Positions 34,541 through 47,900 of a stretch of 64,000 nt of DNA are shown here, in pieces (the stretch's first letter is position 1; each line of letters begins with the position of its first letter). The notes beneath the pieces were generated by a model, which saw only the letters and a list, made by a program, of their open reading frames with translations, had not been told where the DNA came from and made no database searches. This DNA is from Amphiscolops sp. MND2022. Its lineage: Eukaryota. The stretch lies in assembly GCA_964187785.1 (NCBI GenBank), contig OZ076411.1, forward strand, positions 93,124,001 through 93,188,000. The letters are read 5' to 3'. The position numbers and the translations under genes were made by a program.

Positions 34541-35394
34541 TCATTCTGTAGCTTTTCCGAACAAGCGTCGCAGGAAAGTTTTCAGAGACTGACGAGTTAC
34601 GGGAGACATGAGAAGAATGAGGCTATTGACAATGCCGTTGAACGATGTAGTGAGTTGACCCAACAGAACGACCACTTCAAACACTTTGTACCAGTACCAG
34701 TCTGGAACAGCACCAGATGCATTGAATTGAGAGAATGAGTAAAATTGCAAACCGTATTTCAAGCAATACCACGACCCCACAAACATCACGAAGGACAAGG
34801 ACAGTAGAAGCATCACCCCAGAGAGCTTGCGATCGTTTTTGGCTGCTGCTGCTGCTGCTGTGGACGTGCGAGTATCTTTGTTCTCTTGAGCCTCCCCAGC
34901 TGTTTTCTGACGTCCCATCACGTTTCCCTGAGACTGCAGCTTCTTCTTTTTCGCGAAATAGCGTCTCAGGAAAGCCACTGCTGATATGCTGTTGAGTACA
35001 ACAACTAGGATTACCGGACAAACACTGTACAAGAAAATGTTGACCAGAAACCCATAAACGTTCAAATAGGGAATTAAATCTGGATCTGACCAGTAGCACT
35101 TGTAGGCATTGTTCATGTCCTCTTCCAGACAATGAATATCGGGGTCTTTTTTTTGCCAAAATAACAACAAAGGCGAAGCAAGTATGAACACCAGTACAGT
35201 GAAAATAAATAAAGGTCTCTTCGCTCTATCTTTTCCTCCATTCACCCGATACCAGTTAGGTTTCATGATGGCCAAATAACGATCCAGCGATAACCAGACA
35301 TAAGCCCAGGAAGAACACGCTTCAAAAGATGTCAAAAGCCATTGTAGGCTTCCACACACCCATCCACTCGCAGGAAGTTTTATCAGATTAGCCA
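34541..35394 (-). CDS. Class A (rhodopsin-like) GPCR, exon covering TM3 to the C-terminus
   Basis: C...S...SSW..V.LSLDRYLAI..P (DRY motif), followed by TM4-TM7 hydrophobic segments and FNGIVNSLILLM. A polypyrimidine acceptor (ttttattttgttccag) precedes 35394; TM1-2 must be on an upstream exon not identified. Confidence 0.85.
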
Positions 35395-35585
35395 CTGGAA
35401 CAAAATAAAATTTTCTTCACCATGAATTCGTGTTTTGTTCTCAAAATACTAACTCTGATTCTTTTTCAAATTCAAAAATAGACTGGTTATGATCTCCCCA
35501 AACATCTCAGGTCTCAGTCTTTCAGCATAATTGATGTTCGAGTTAAAGCATGAACTTTAAATCCTTTCCAGGCATGTCATTATTA

Positions 35586-36377
35586 CAGTGGACTCCGCCT
35601 AATTGCACACCCTACGGTGCATCAAAATTGTGTGCAATTACGCGAAGTGTGCAATTATCCGAAGTGTGAAAAAACAACTTTGCAGGAAAATTGTACATTA
35701 TCAAAGAGAAAATTGTTAACACATATTATCAGTCACGCAGAAAAGAAGTCCGATATCTTCGCTTGCTTCCTCTTCCGCTTCGTCTCGACTGAATTTTCCA
35801 AATAATCCAGCTTTTCCTGGGAAATCACGTCGCCGGAAAAGTAAACTCGAAGCTTCTCCAGCATGTCCAAAGCTTCTGCGGTCGCGCTTTTTGGAGGTAT
35901 TTTCATTGTTCTCGATTGCAGCCAAGATTTTCTGTTCGTCTCTTTTAATCCTCGACACACTGCATCTGTCAATTCCAAACTCAACGGCAATTTCCGATTG
36001 AGTTCTGCCTTTGTGAATTTCGGTCAAAACCGAAAATTTTTGGCCGAGGTTAAGCTCAACCTTTCGTTTTCGACTGCCGCTGCTCATGGCTAACTGCTGA
36101 AGAATGGAATGGTAGCTATTTCTGAGAAATGTCAACACGCGCGATGCGATTTCTGAGAAATGTCAACACGCGCGATGCGATTTCTGAGAAATGTGCAAAT
36201 AGAAAGAGCAAAATGCGGTTTGGGAGAAAATATTTGCGTGCAATTAGCCGGAGTGTGCAAACAATTACGCGATGTGCAAATATCCGAAGCAAATAATAGC
36301 GTGGACGGGACGGCAAAATGGTGTGCATATATCCGGAGTGTGCAATTATCCGGTGTGCAATTAGGCGGAGTCCACTG
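35586..36377 (-). mobile_element. Internally deleted pogo/Tigger DNA transposon
   Basis: TIRs CAGTGGACTCCGCCTAATTGCACAC at both ends with TA duplication. Encodes a CENP-B/psq-like HTH (KRKVELNLGQKFSVL...SEIAVEFGI...SVSRIKR) fused out of frame to a Tigger-like tail (KRKQAKISDFF). Confidence 0.9.
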
Positions 36378-36379
36378 TA

Positions 36380-37145
36380 TTTGGCGAGTATTTCCGAGTC
36401 ATTTTCCGAGTAAACCTACCAATTACAGTTTAGCGAGTAAAACCGCCTAAAAAGCCTGTATTTCTGAGAAATAGCCTGTACAACCAAGCAATAACCCATA
36501 TTTCTGAGAAATTGCTTTAATATATTGCTGATTTCAGACGCGCGTATGGCAGTGCGTAAAAATGAGCGAAGAAAGTGACTTATCTCATAACTCAATTCTT
36601 GAGTCAGGTTTACACGAAAACCAAGTGACAACGGTACCTCCAGTTACACCGAAATGCGAGAGTCAGTTCAACGAAATGCGTCGAGAGGGGCCAAGAGACA
36701 GCATTTGTCGACCATGACAGCTGCAGAAACGGCCAGAATGCTGGGAAACGAGGACTTTTACGCAGAGGCAGCCAAATTATTCTGCAAATTTTGCAAGAAA
36801 GCAGTCGATCATCGCAGCCAAAGTGTTGTAAACAGACACCTGATCTCCGATAAACATACGAAAAATAAGAAGGATCCCAATCGGAATCCCGCAAAAACCA
36901 TAACCACGGCATCCAAAGTATCCAACGCAGCGCGGTTGCAAAATATTCGACTAGTATCAAAATGGGTCCCAAGTTGCGCTGCCTCTAACATACCACCTAA
37001 TGCCGCCTCGGACAACATCACAATGCGCAATGTTTCTGTATGTCAACGCCGAAATTTTTTTAAATTTTTGTTGTTAATTTCGTTTTTTTTCCGAGTCATT
37101 TACCGAGTAATCCACCCACATTCGAGCCTGTACCGAGTCGAGTAA
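36380..37145 (+). mobile_element. CGGBP1-like zinc-finger hAT remnant
   Basis: ORF 36654-37145 KLFCKFCKKAVDHRSQSVVNRHLISDKH...SNIP...DN matches the CGGBP/hAT N-terminal finger pattern. Clusters of ccgagt subterminal repeats occur at both ends. Confidence 0.65.
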
Positions 37146-40100
37146 TTTAGGGATTTTGCTCCCAGTAATTTTGACATGCCGGATCCTTTCTTTCGAAGGA
37201 TTAGTGCCTTGATTGCTTTCTTCCGGCTCAGAGAACTAGCGTTCACATTTTCGTTTGTGATGTCCATGATCATCCTTATGGCAGCCTGAATCAGAAATTA
37301 CAATTTGCTGTAAACCAAAACCTTCTGTGTCGCAGAGTAGTATGAGATATCTCAAATCCGACCAAATATATTTCAAATCATTTACATAATATCAACCACC
37401 AAAATCATTCTTCAGAGCCACACCATCTCCATCCAAGTAGTAGCACAAGTGGTGGAAAAACAACCGCCACGCAAATTTTCAAACCGTTTTAGAAAAGTGG
37501 AATATAAGCACCATATGCAAGTGTATTTTTATAGCAAAGGATGGAAGAGCAGAATTGAGCATAGTAAGTTCAATTCTGGCATATTTTCGGTCCCTTCATC
37601 CTAATACATATGCAAGCTGATTTTTTGGTACTTATTAGTACTTAGTAATATTGCTTGATATTTGATAACTGATGAAAGAAATGTTTATCATTCATTGAAA
37701 TTGTTGATAAATGTGGATTAAACGATGAAGCAACCAGTGGTTGATATACCTATAATCTAATATTCAATCATTATCACCCCACCGATTATATCAATGTCTA
37801 GACTTGATGTACGCATTTTGAATTTTAGTGTATCTAATTTTGTGTTCACTACCATATTTCATCCTGTAAAGCACTTCTCTCATTTGTAACCATTCACAAC
37901 TTTAAAAACGTCTTCTTCATCAAGTTGTCAGGGCTTGCAGAGCTAATATCTGCAGCTCTATTAGAGTCTCTTTGAAGTACTGAACATCTCCAATCTGAAA
38001 TAACCTAAAATACCAACAACAATAACAAGTACTGATGCGACCAAATCATCTCCCTTCTTTCCTTCCCCTTTCCAATACTACCTTCTGTACTAACCAATTT
38101 AATTCGATATCCTCAATTTTGGTACACAATTACTTATGTACTAATCACAAAAAAGTGATTCGACTAACTGTCGGTACAAACACTTCTCTTCTGTTCTAGC
38201 CATTCTTCAAAAGTGATTCGACCTCGTAGTCGGTACAAATACAACTCTTCTGTACGAACCACCACGAGTGATTCAGCAACCTTGATGGTACAAATCAAAA
38301 CTTTCTGCATATTCAAGTCGGTTCAACTCCTGTCGGTAAAATTCAAGTACCAACCATCTTTGATTCGACATCTTTGTCGGTACACCCTTTTCTGTTCTAA
38401 CCAAAAAGATCTTTTCGTTCAACATTTTTGTTGGTACAACTCATTCAAAAATCTTTTCTATAACTTTAGTGCCTGTATGATTCTGTGCTTGTATGCCTCT
38501 GTTTGTATTTTAATGATTTTTTTTGTATCTTTTTGGATTTCTTGCCGTCCTTCTTCTCGCCGTCGACAATTTCATGAGTGATATCATTCCCCGATAAATC
38601 GTTTGAACTCCTAATTATTGTTTTCATTTGAAACCCTTGCAACTATTTTTCTTTCATGAACTTTTGTAATGCTTGTTTTTCTCATGCTTCTCGCTGCGAA
38701 AATAGTAGCATCTCTTCCGCTAATTTTCAGCTTTCCAAAAAACTCTTTCTCCATACCCATCATCCCACAAACTCTATTTTTCTCATCACTCCACTCTCTT
38801 GTCAATAAACACTACCGTCATCACATACTCTGAGTCTGAACCTGTATACAAATTGACATGGGCTCATCCTAACGTAGAAAAACATGTTTCGAAAAAAATA
38901 GCCTGAAAGACGTCTGGTTGAAGTCCTCGTACTACTTTTGTTTTCGGTTTGTGAAAAAATTTTCCATTTTTTTAAATTATTTTCCACGCTACCCTCGTGT
39001 ATGTAAGTAACCGTTTTTGTTTTATTCATAACATGAGGAAGTTCAGCTTTTTTAATTGTGTATTAAGATTGATATGTATGTACTTTGATTCTGTGAAATT
39101 GATAATTCTGCGTTTTATTCACTATCGTTTTTCACCACAGCTCTTTTATTTTTCAAACACTCTGCTAAAATTCTCAATATCTCCCGTCATTCGTTTATCT
39201 TTCTCTTTCTTTTAAACCCAGACTTTTTCATGGCTCTTTCACAACTCCTGATAACCTCATTGCCAGTATATCTTCCTAAAAGTCCATCGGTATTTCTACT
39301 AACTCACCACTCAACATTCTATTCTCCGCAATACAAGTTTAGATCGCATCTTGCTGACGTATTACCCTCATCGTCAATCATGATGACTGACCAATCTCCT
39401 CGTCATTTACTGCCACTTCTTTTTCCTGTTGATGATACTCATCATCGTCGTTCACGCGACACCACTCAAGTTTCAACCAAACTCCTAAAAATCATATCCA
39501 TAACTCAACTGTTCTTCTTTCTTTTGAAACATGTCCTGAAGACATTTACACAACACCTCTCATCCGTGAACAAAACGACTCATACCTTTATTGCATAGAC
39601 ACACATTCCTTAGTAGAAACTCTATTGATGAACAGTCTTTTTCAATCCCTTTCACGTTTCCTCCTAATCCAAATGAAAGCTCTCGTAGAGACTTCTATCC
39701 CACCAACATTTAGATTCCTATCGCTAATGTTTTCACCACATTTCTCAAATATATCTCGGAAAAAAGAATTCCTTTACCTCAACAAGCGTTCACACCCCTC
39801 CGCTATACAAGCATTCCTTCAAGAAGAAACTCATTTCAACATTCTTAAAACTAAACAACTTCGCTCGATTGAAAAAAATCATCATCAGTGGCTTATCACT
39901 GATATTCTTCAACTTCACTGCTTCCAATACCAATTCGAATCTACTGTCTCTCTCTTCGACAATGTTTTAGACGTAAATACCAACTTATTTGGGATTCTAA
40001 ATTCCAAGACGCTTGTACTAACTTTCTATCACAATTCTCTAAAGATGATCTTCTACCTCTTCTCGCTACCTCTGACAATCGTCACCCTCATTTTAATGAC

Positions 40101-41923
40101 CTCCTTGATTGTCCTGTTGCCCATTTCACATTCCTCACCATCGATAATCATAGTATTGATAAGAGTCTTTAACTTCCTATTTCCGTAAGACCATACGCAA
40201 AGCGTACTACTCACATTCCTTCTTTTGGCACTACCTTCGATGTTTTTTTACAAAACATCCCTTCTTCCTCCAAAGTTGTAGTAACTACTCACAACATTGG
40301 TAACCTTTCGCCATATTTTGATTCTCCTCCTCCGCCTTCTTTGAAAAACCCATCACTACTCAACCTTCAACTTCTCACTCACCACACCAAAATAATACTC
40401 CTATCAACTCTCATTCACCACTAATTCCTATTACTACCCATCACTCTCTTTTTCAAATTCATCGAAAGTTTCTTCTAATTCATTTTTTCTTTTTATAATG
40501 TCATCACCATTCAAGCTCAAGCTCGTTCGTCTCAAACATACTTTCCAATAACTCTTTTTCTGATTCTAATCCTTCATTCTCCTTTCCTACGTCTCAAAAC
40601 CCTCTGTTAACTTTGCCACCTTCTTCTGTGCCACCTCCCTTTTATCTTGTGATTCATACGCATCACTACATCCAGGTTTTCAGAACTACCCTGCACCTTC
40701 TTTTCAACCCCTTACTTTACCTCTTAACACTCTCCCACCATTTACTTCTACTTTTCTTTTCAATTCACCTTCTTCTCAGCATCCTCCGTCAGCTTTCCAA
40801 ATATAGCCTTCTGTTAATTTTGCTGCTCTCTTTGATTCCATTAAACTTTTTGATGACTTAGATCAAACATACCCTCCTGAAACGTTTCAGCTCACCTAAG
40901 TGCACGTGTAAAATTCCAACTCAGACCTCAACCCCTTGATATTCAATCATATTTAATTTGGCACCCAAGACGTATGTCTCTTCTTTATTGTTCCCTCAGA
41001 GGAACTGCCTCTAATCGGTATGATCGTTTCCCTCAAGTTTATAAAATTGACTGGTCTTTCTGTCTCCAAATTTTCAAAAAAGCAATTCTTTTCTCAAAAA
41101 CTTGCATACCATGCTCATCTTGAAGTACTTTCTCTTGTTAAAAATATACTGAGAATGTTAGACATTATGCTTTATGGAACTCTTGTTAAACGAGGCTGGT
41201 ATAATGAACATCCGTCCACCATAAATCTTAAATGTAATGAAATATTCACTCGTGGTCTCCCAAAAAAGTCAAAGATTTTGCCAACAAATGCCTTTTCAAA
41301 CATATTTCAAGTTCACTTGAACCATCTATTCCTTTTCACTCCCTTTTTAACATGGTTGACTCTGAACATATTACGCTTGGAAAAACTAATTGCGACACTT
41401 ACTCTCGAAATTGTTACTCTATCCGATAATTTCAAACAAAACACCACTGGTAAAGACAATCCCCTGAACTTTCGCCATTACACGCCGTAGATCCTAGCAA
41501 TAAAACTACACCTCAAATTAAAAAATATTGCACCTTTTGCCATACAAGTAATCAACCCGTTTCTACGTGTCATAGCAGACTCAATATGCCTAAAGTATCT
41601 AACCTGAATCAAAATCACCCACTCCTTCTTTTATCATCATTTTAAAAGACCGTCCACTTAAAATAACAACCAAACTCCTCGTTATCGTAGGTAAGTGAAG
41701 TAATAGTAATCAATATCGAAAATTCTCGGGCGAATCTCAATATAAATCTCGTTCTCACTCGCGCTTAAACTCTCGTGCAAAATTTTATGACAAACACTGC
41801 TCTCATATTCATTCTCAACACTTTGATCGTAACCGGTCTCGCTATGATCAGTATTATAGAAAATCTCCTTCATGGACATATTATTCTCCTCGCCCATATT
41901 ACCATTCTACATTCTCTCGTAGC

Positions 41924-44900
41924 CTTTATAAATATCACCCTCGTTCCCGAGAACGCTCCTCTAGGTATAATAAATCCTCTTCCAGACGATAAAAACCACC
42001 ATATCATTCTCCCTCCAAACCAGGTACTGATCGTTATCCAATCCAAGTCGATGACACTCCATTTCAAATGTTTACCCTAACTATTAGTACAAACCCACTG
42101 TTAAAATCATTCAACAACACACATTGTAAATTCTTAATGCCCCTAAACAGACCCTAAGTCCGAATTTAATATGAACCAACCAAACATCTCTTTTTATTCA
42201 CACACCTCTACTCTTTCGAATAATCATGCTAACGCTATCACAACTTCTACATGGTTTGTCAATCTATACATTTTCAAACCACTTGAAATCACCTCTTTAC
42301 CGTCTAAACTGGAACTGTTTTCTGCTACACAGCGGTTCTTCCATTTGTTTAAAATCTACCCAGTGACACCAAATTAGCCGATCACTTTCCTAAATGTTCA
42401 AAATCTACTCCCGCAAATAATGTTTTCGTATACATTTAACTATTTAACAGTTGCCAATAAAGCTGAAGGTCCATATTATTTGATGATATTCTCATTTTGC
42501 ATACCTCTACTCACGAACGTATTCGCACTCTTGTAATTCTATTTGCGATAGCAAAGATTGATTATATTATCCTTGGAACTCCTTTCTTGAAAAATATGTA
42601 AAAAACTCTCATTATTGAACACATTTAATTCATAATACGAATCTCACGTCAATACTCTTCCTTTTACCACTCACAAAGAAAAAGACTACCCATATTTATT
42701 TTACATTTACACAATTAAAGTTATAAACAAAATATATTTTGAACCCAACGCTTCCCAAGTTATCCACACTAAAATTCGACCTTCCTTTAACTTTCAAAAC
42801 CTCTGAAATTGAAATCATTCTTCCTTCAACTCCACATCCATATTTCAATACTTGCTTCAACTCAACTATTACTTTTCTCCAATTTCCCCAAATTTTCAAA
42901 CTGAACACAACAGTTTCTTCGTTTTAAATCAAAATATTAACCATCACTCAGTCATCCTCTCACAAGGATGCATTGCCAAATATTGAGGTTCGTGCCACTA
43001 ATATTAAACCACCACACTATAAAGATATTGCTGTTAATTTTCTCATTCACACTATAATCCATTCATACAACCCAGATTTAACAGATCAAAAACCTCCTGT
43101 TCGTCGTTCCTATTCCGGAAAACTAATTTTGAAAATGATAATTTACAACTTTCTCGATATTTGAACCGCCCTCTTTCTTCATTACCATTTTGCCCAGATA
43201 TCCAGCATTTCCTCAAAAAATGAATTTCAAAACTTGGATGTCACTGATGACGAAAATATAAAACTTTGCTCCATTCTGGTTATACATCAAAATTGCTATG
43301 CTATTCATCATGTCACTAATATTAAACCACCACACTATAGAATTATTGCTGTTAACTCTCTCATTCACAATATAATTTTTTCATACAACCAGGATCTATC
43401 AGAACAAAAACCTCCTGTTCGTCGTTCCTAATCGGGAAAACTAATATTGAAATCGATAATTTACAACTTTCTCAATATTTAAACCGCCCTCTTCCTTCAT
43501 TACCATATTTCCCAGATATCCAGCATTTCCTCAAAAAGTTTGATTTTCAAAACTTGGATGTCACTGATGACGAAAATATAAAACTTTGCTCCATTCTGGT
43601 TGAACATCAACATTGCTATGCTATTCATCGTAACGATGTTGATAAAATAGACATCCGTTTAGAAATCGCCTCAAACCAAATGCTAAACTCCAAGCTCAAA
43701 GAGCCACGAAAGTACTCATTTACTAGAGAGACAACTTTTAAAAGCTATTCCATGAATAATAAAAACACAATATCTTCAGACAAAACGGGTCTGCACCCTG
43801 CGATAAATCCATCTATGGCACAACGTTTTTAAATCCACTCATTATTATCCCTGAAGGAGATACAATCAAATGCGTCCTAGACTTTCAAACTCTAACACTG
43901 ATCAATCGTTTGAATCTTCTCCTTTTGAACCTTTAACTCCTCAACTTACACGCACTAACAAAAGTATCAAATCTGCAATTGACTTTATGTACTCCTAATC
44001 ATCACTCTCACCAGTTTCTCATCTGGAAATTAACGTTACGCTTTCATTCGAGGTTTTTACAATCCTAAAGGACTGTCAAAGTTTTTCATCAAACAAATGT
44101 GTTCATTTTACCAAAAACTCCTTGACCAAGGTTTTGTACTTGTTTATTTTGACGATATCCTCCTTCTTGCGCATTCCAAAACTCATATGTTAGATTAAAT
44201 TGAACAGTTACACCAAATGTGTAGCTCCAACAATCTTAAAATTGCTCCAGAAAAATCACTTTTATTCCACTCATTTCCAGATATCCCATTTCCAGATATT
44301 CCACTCATTTCCAGATATCCAGCATTTCCTCAAAAAATGAATTTCAAAACTTGGATGTCACTGATGACGAAAATATAAAACTTTGCTCCACTCTGGTTAA
44401 ACATCAACATTGCTATGCTATTCATCATGTCACTAATATTAAACCACCACACTATGGAATTATTGCTGTTAATTCTCTCATTCACGATATAATTTTTTCA
44501 TACAACCAGGATCTATCAGAACAAAAACCTCCTGTTCGTCGTTCCTAATCCGGAAAACTAATATTGAAATCGATAATTTACAACTTTCTCAATATTTAAA
44601 CCGCCCTCTTCCTTCATTACCATATTTCCCAGATATCCAGCATTTCCTCAAAAAGTTTAATTTTCAAAACTTGGATGTCACTGATGACGAAAATATAAAA
44701 CTTTGCTCCATTCTGGTTAAACATCAACATTGCTATGCTATTCATCGTAACGATGTTGATAAAATAGACACCCGTTTAGAAATTGCCTCAAACCAAATGC
44801 TAAACTCCAAGCTCAAAGAGCCACGAAAGTACTCATTTACTAGAGAGACAACTTTAAAAAGCTATTCCATGAATAATAAAAATACAATATTTTCAGACAA

Positions 44901-47900
44901 AACGGGTCTGCACCCTGCGATAAATCCATCTATGGCACAACGTTTTTAAATCCACTCATTATTATCCCTGAAGGAGATACAATCAAAAGCGTCCTAGACT
45001 TTCAAACTCTAACACTGATCAATCGTTTGAATCTTCTCCTTTTGAACCTTTAACTCCTCAACTTACACGCACTAACAAAAGTATCAAATCTGCAATTGAC
45101 TTTATGTACTCCTAATCATCACTCTCACCAGTTTCTCATCTGGAAATTAACGTTACGCTTTCATTCGAGGTTTTTACAATCCTAAAGGACTGTCAAAGTT
45201 TTTCATCAAACAAATGTGTTCATTTTACCAAAAACTCCTTGACCAAGGTTTTGTACTTGTTTATTTTGACGATATCCTCCTTCTTGCGCATTCCAAAACT
45301 CATATGTTAGATTAAATTGAACAGTTACACCAAATGTGTAGCTCCAACAATCTTAAAATTGCTCCTGAAAAATCACTTTTATTCCACTCATTGTCAAATT
45401 TCTTGAACATGAAATTAACAGTAACACTATGAAACCCATCTCCTCTCAAATTGACAGCATACACAAATTGAAAACTCTAAATTCTTCTAAAATGTAAAAT
45501 TTGTTCAATAAACGTCTACTCCAAACTAATAAACAAACTCCACGTTTCACTCAACCTTTTTTATACTCTTCTACTTGATATTATTTCAGTTAAATGGACT
45601 CTTGAATTAGATAAACCCTTAAATGTATCAAAACCTCTCTCTCAAAAGATGCTGACCTCGCAATTTCTAACACCACTCATCCTTTCTATATTACTGATGA
45701 CGCCTCTCCTATTGGTCTAGGTGCAAGATTATTTCAACCGGACACCGATTACAAAATGCAAGTTATATCTTATAACTCTCGTGTTTTAACAACTCAAGAA
45801 CAAATCCTTCCTACCTATGATCGAGAACTGTGTGCTCTATCGTTCGCTCTTTCGCAATAAGAATTTATTATTATTGCTCCAAATTCCCAATAACTGTTTT
45901 TACAGATCACAATCCTATCCTTTTTGTCTTTACCGGCAAAGCAAACCTCACACCAAGACAATGAACAGCTCAAATGTTATCAACAAAATTCTCAAACCTT
46001 CAAATTATTCACAGGGCTGGTACTAATCCAACTGTTGCGGATATGCTCTGTCGAGATTTTTCCTTCAAATATTCAAACAAATTGTGTCAACCACAACACA
46101 AAACACTACCTATTACGCATTGAATGTATTCAACTCAAACCTAATAACTCTTTTAAACAAATCCACTGTTTTGTTGACATTGAAGATGTGTTGCACACAC
46201 AAAAAACGATTGAAACGAGTTTTTAGTTGCTTAAGCTGATGGTGAATTCACACTTCGTATCCAAGATAAAAGTAAGACAGTCCTCGTGATTCATTTGTTT
46301 TTCAACCCGTATTTTTTTTGAAACAAACATAAAAAGCCTGTAAAGAATAAAGGTAAACCATTGCTTCAACACAACCCTGTTTAAAATGAAACTAATTTGT
46401 AAGAAGACGATGATCTGTTACTAAGCGGATTCTTCAGTAACACTCACATCTCTCTCAACCGTCTCATACTATTCATACTCACCTCTCTGAAATCCAATAC
46501 CAGTATAATAAGGACTCTCATCTTTCTCAAGATATCTTAACCAATATGACAAACTCTTGAACTCTAGTTTCTGATGAGTCTCCTCGAACTAACGCCATAA
46601 CACAATTTCTTTTTAAACCTACCTCTAATCAGTCATTGTCATTTTAAATCCAGCCTTTTTTGCTCCTTGTAAAGCTTTCAAAAACTTTTTCCTTCATCCA
46701 ATACATTTTAACGATACCCATTCTTTTAAAAAATGATCCTGTTCTCTCCACTGGTTAAACATGGTTAAAACAAAAATGAAGACCTTACACTTTAACTCCA
46801 ATTATTAACGCCTATATACAAACCGAACTACAAACATTCCAACTTTTTTATATTCACCCAAACTCACATCTTATCCAATATTATACACCCAACTCCAGAA
46901 TCTCCGAAGAAGGTTTTATGAACGCTCAACACTTTATTAATCAAACCCGCATTTGTTAGCCATTTGAACGTTTATGCTGCTTTCGATAAAACCCGTTCAC
47001 CTTGTCGTTCCGGTGAAAATTCTCGATTAATTTTTTAAATCAATTTTATTATCAACCTCATTTACCTTCAAGGTTTTCTTGTTTCATTCATGATTGTATT
47101 GAATGCCAACCAAACAAACATTTTCCTATCAATTCTTATATTACTTCTCCTCCTTTACCAATTTATGAAAACGCAACTCATTTTAATAAAAGGGGTTCCA
47201 TGACACTAAAGGACCTATATCTCATTCCTCGTAAAGAAACTCCTATATTTTTCTAACCTTTGATGCTTTTAGCCACTTTGTTGTATCTACTCCTGCTACT
47301 TATATATCCTCTAAATATGCTATTCAAACACTCTTCCATCATTGGATCATTAAATTTGGCCCACCTCAAAATCTAGTAACTGATCGGGGTACTGAATGTA
47401 TTAATCAAGATAGGGTCCATCTTTGCTCTCTCTTTAAGACTAATCACTCTCCACGTACTCCATATTCTTCTTGGACAAATGGTTTAGTCGTAGTGCAAAA
47501 GCGTAATCCTGGAACTCACCATTGGTTATTTTTACAAAATTCTCCTACCAAGTGGTCATTTGAAACTCAAGTGTTTGCTTATGCTTATAACACTACTCCT
47601 TTTTCTCATTTTATATCTTCTCCGTATCAAATTATTTTCCATACTCACCCTCGTAATCCATCAACCAATTCTGTCAATCTAATACGTGATTCTTCTAAAT
47701 CACAGAATTGCAACATACTGTACCTCACTTCCACCTTATTTACATTAGAGTGACCAAGATCTCAATCCCTTTTCCACTCACTCCTCAAAATCTCTTTATG
47801 GTTTTTATCAGCTAAACATGCAATGTTAGAAATATACTTTACTGTTCAAGGTCACATAACCAATTAACTAAACTCACAAAACTCGTTCTTTGAAACCAAT

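Noticed and set aside
37150-37290. Possible minus-strand exon (AAIRMIMDITNENVNASSLSRKKAIKALILRK...) after a cag acceptor
   Set aside because: No recognisable homology and no demonstrable link to the GPCR.
38150-38445. CRISPR-like array
   Set aside because: Eukaryotic context, repeats too degenerate, inter-repeat sequences are similar to each other, and no cas genes.
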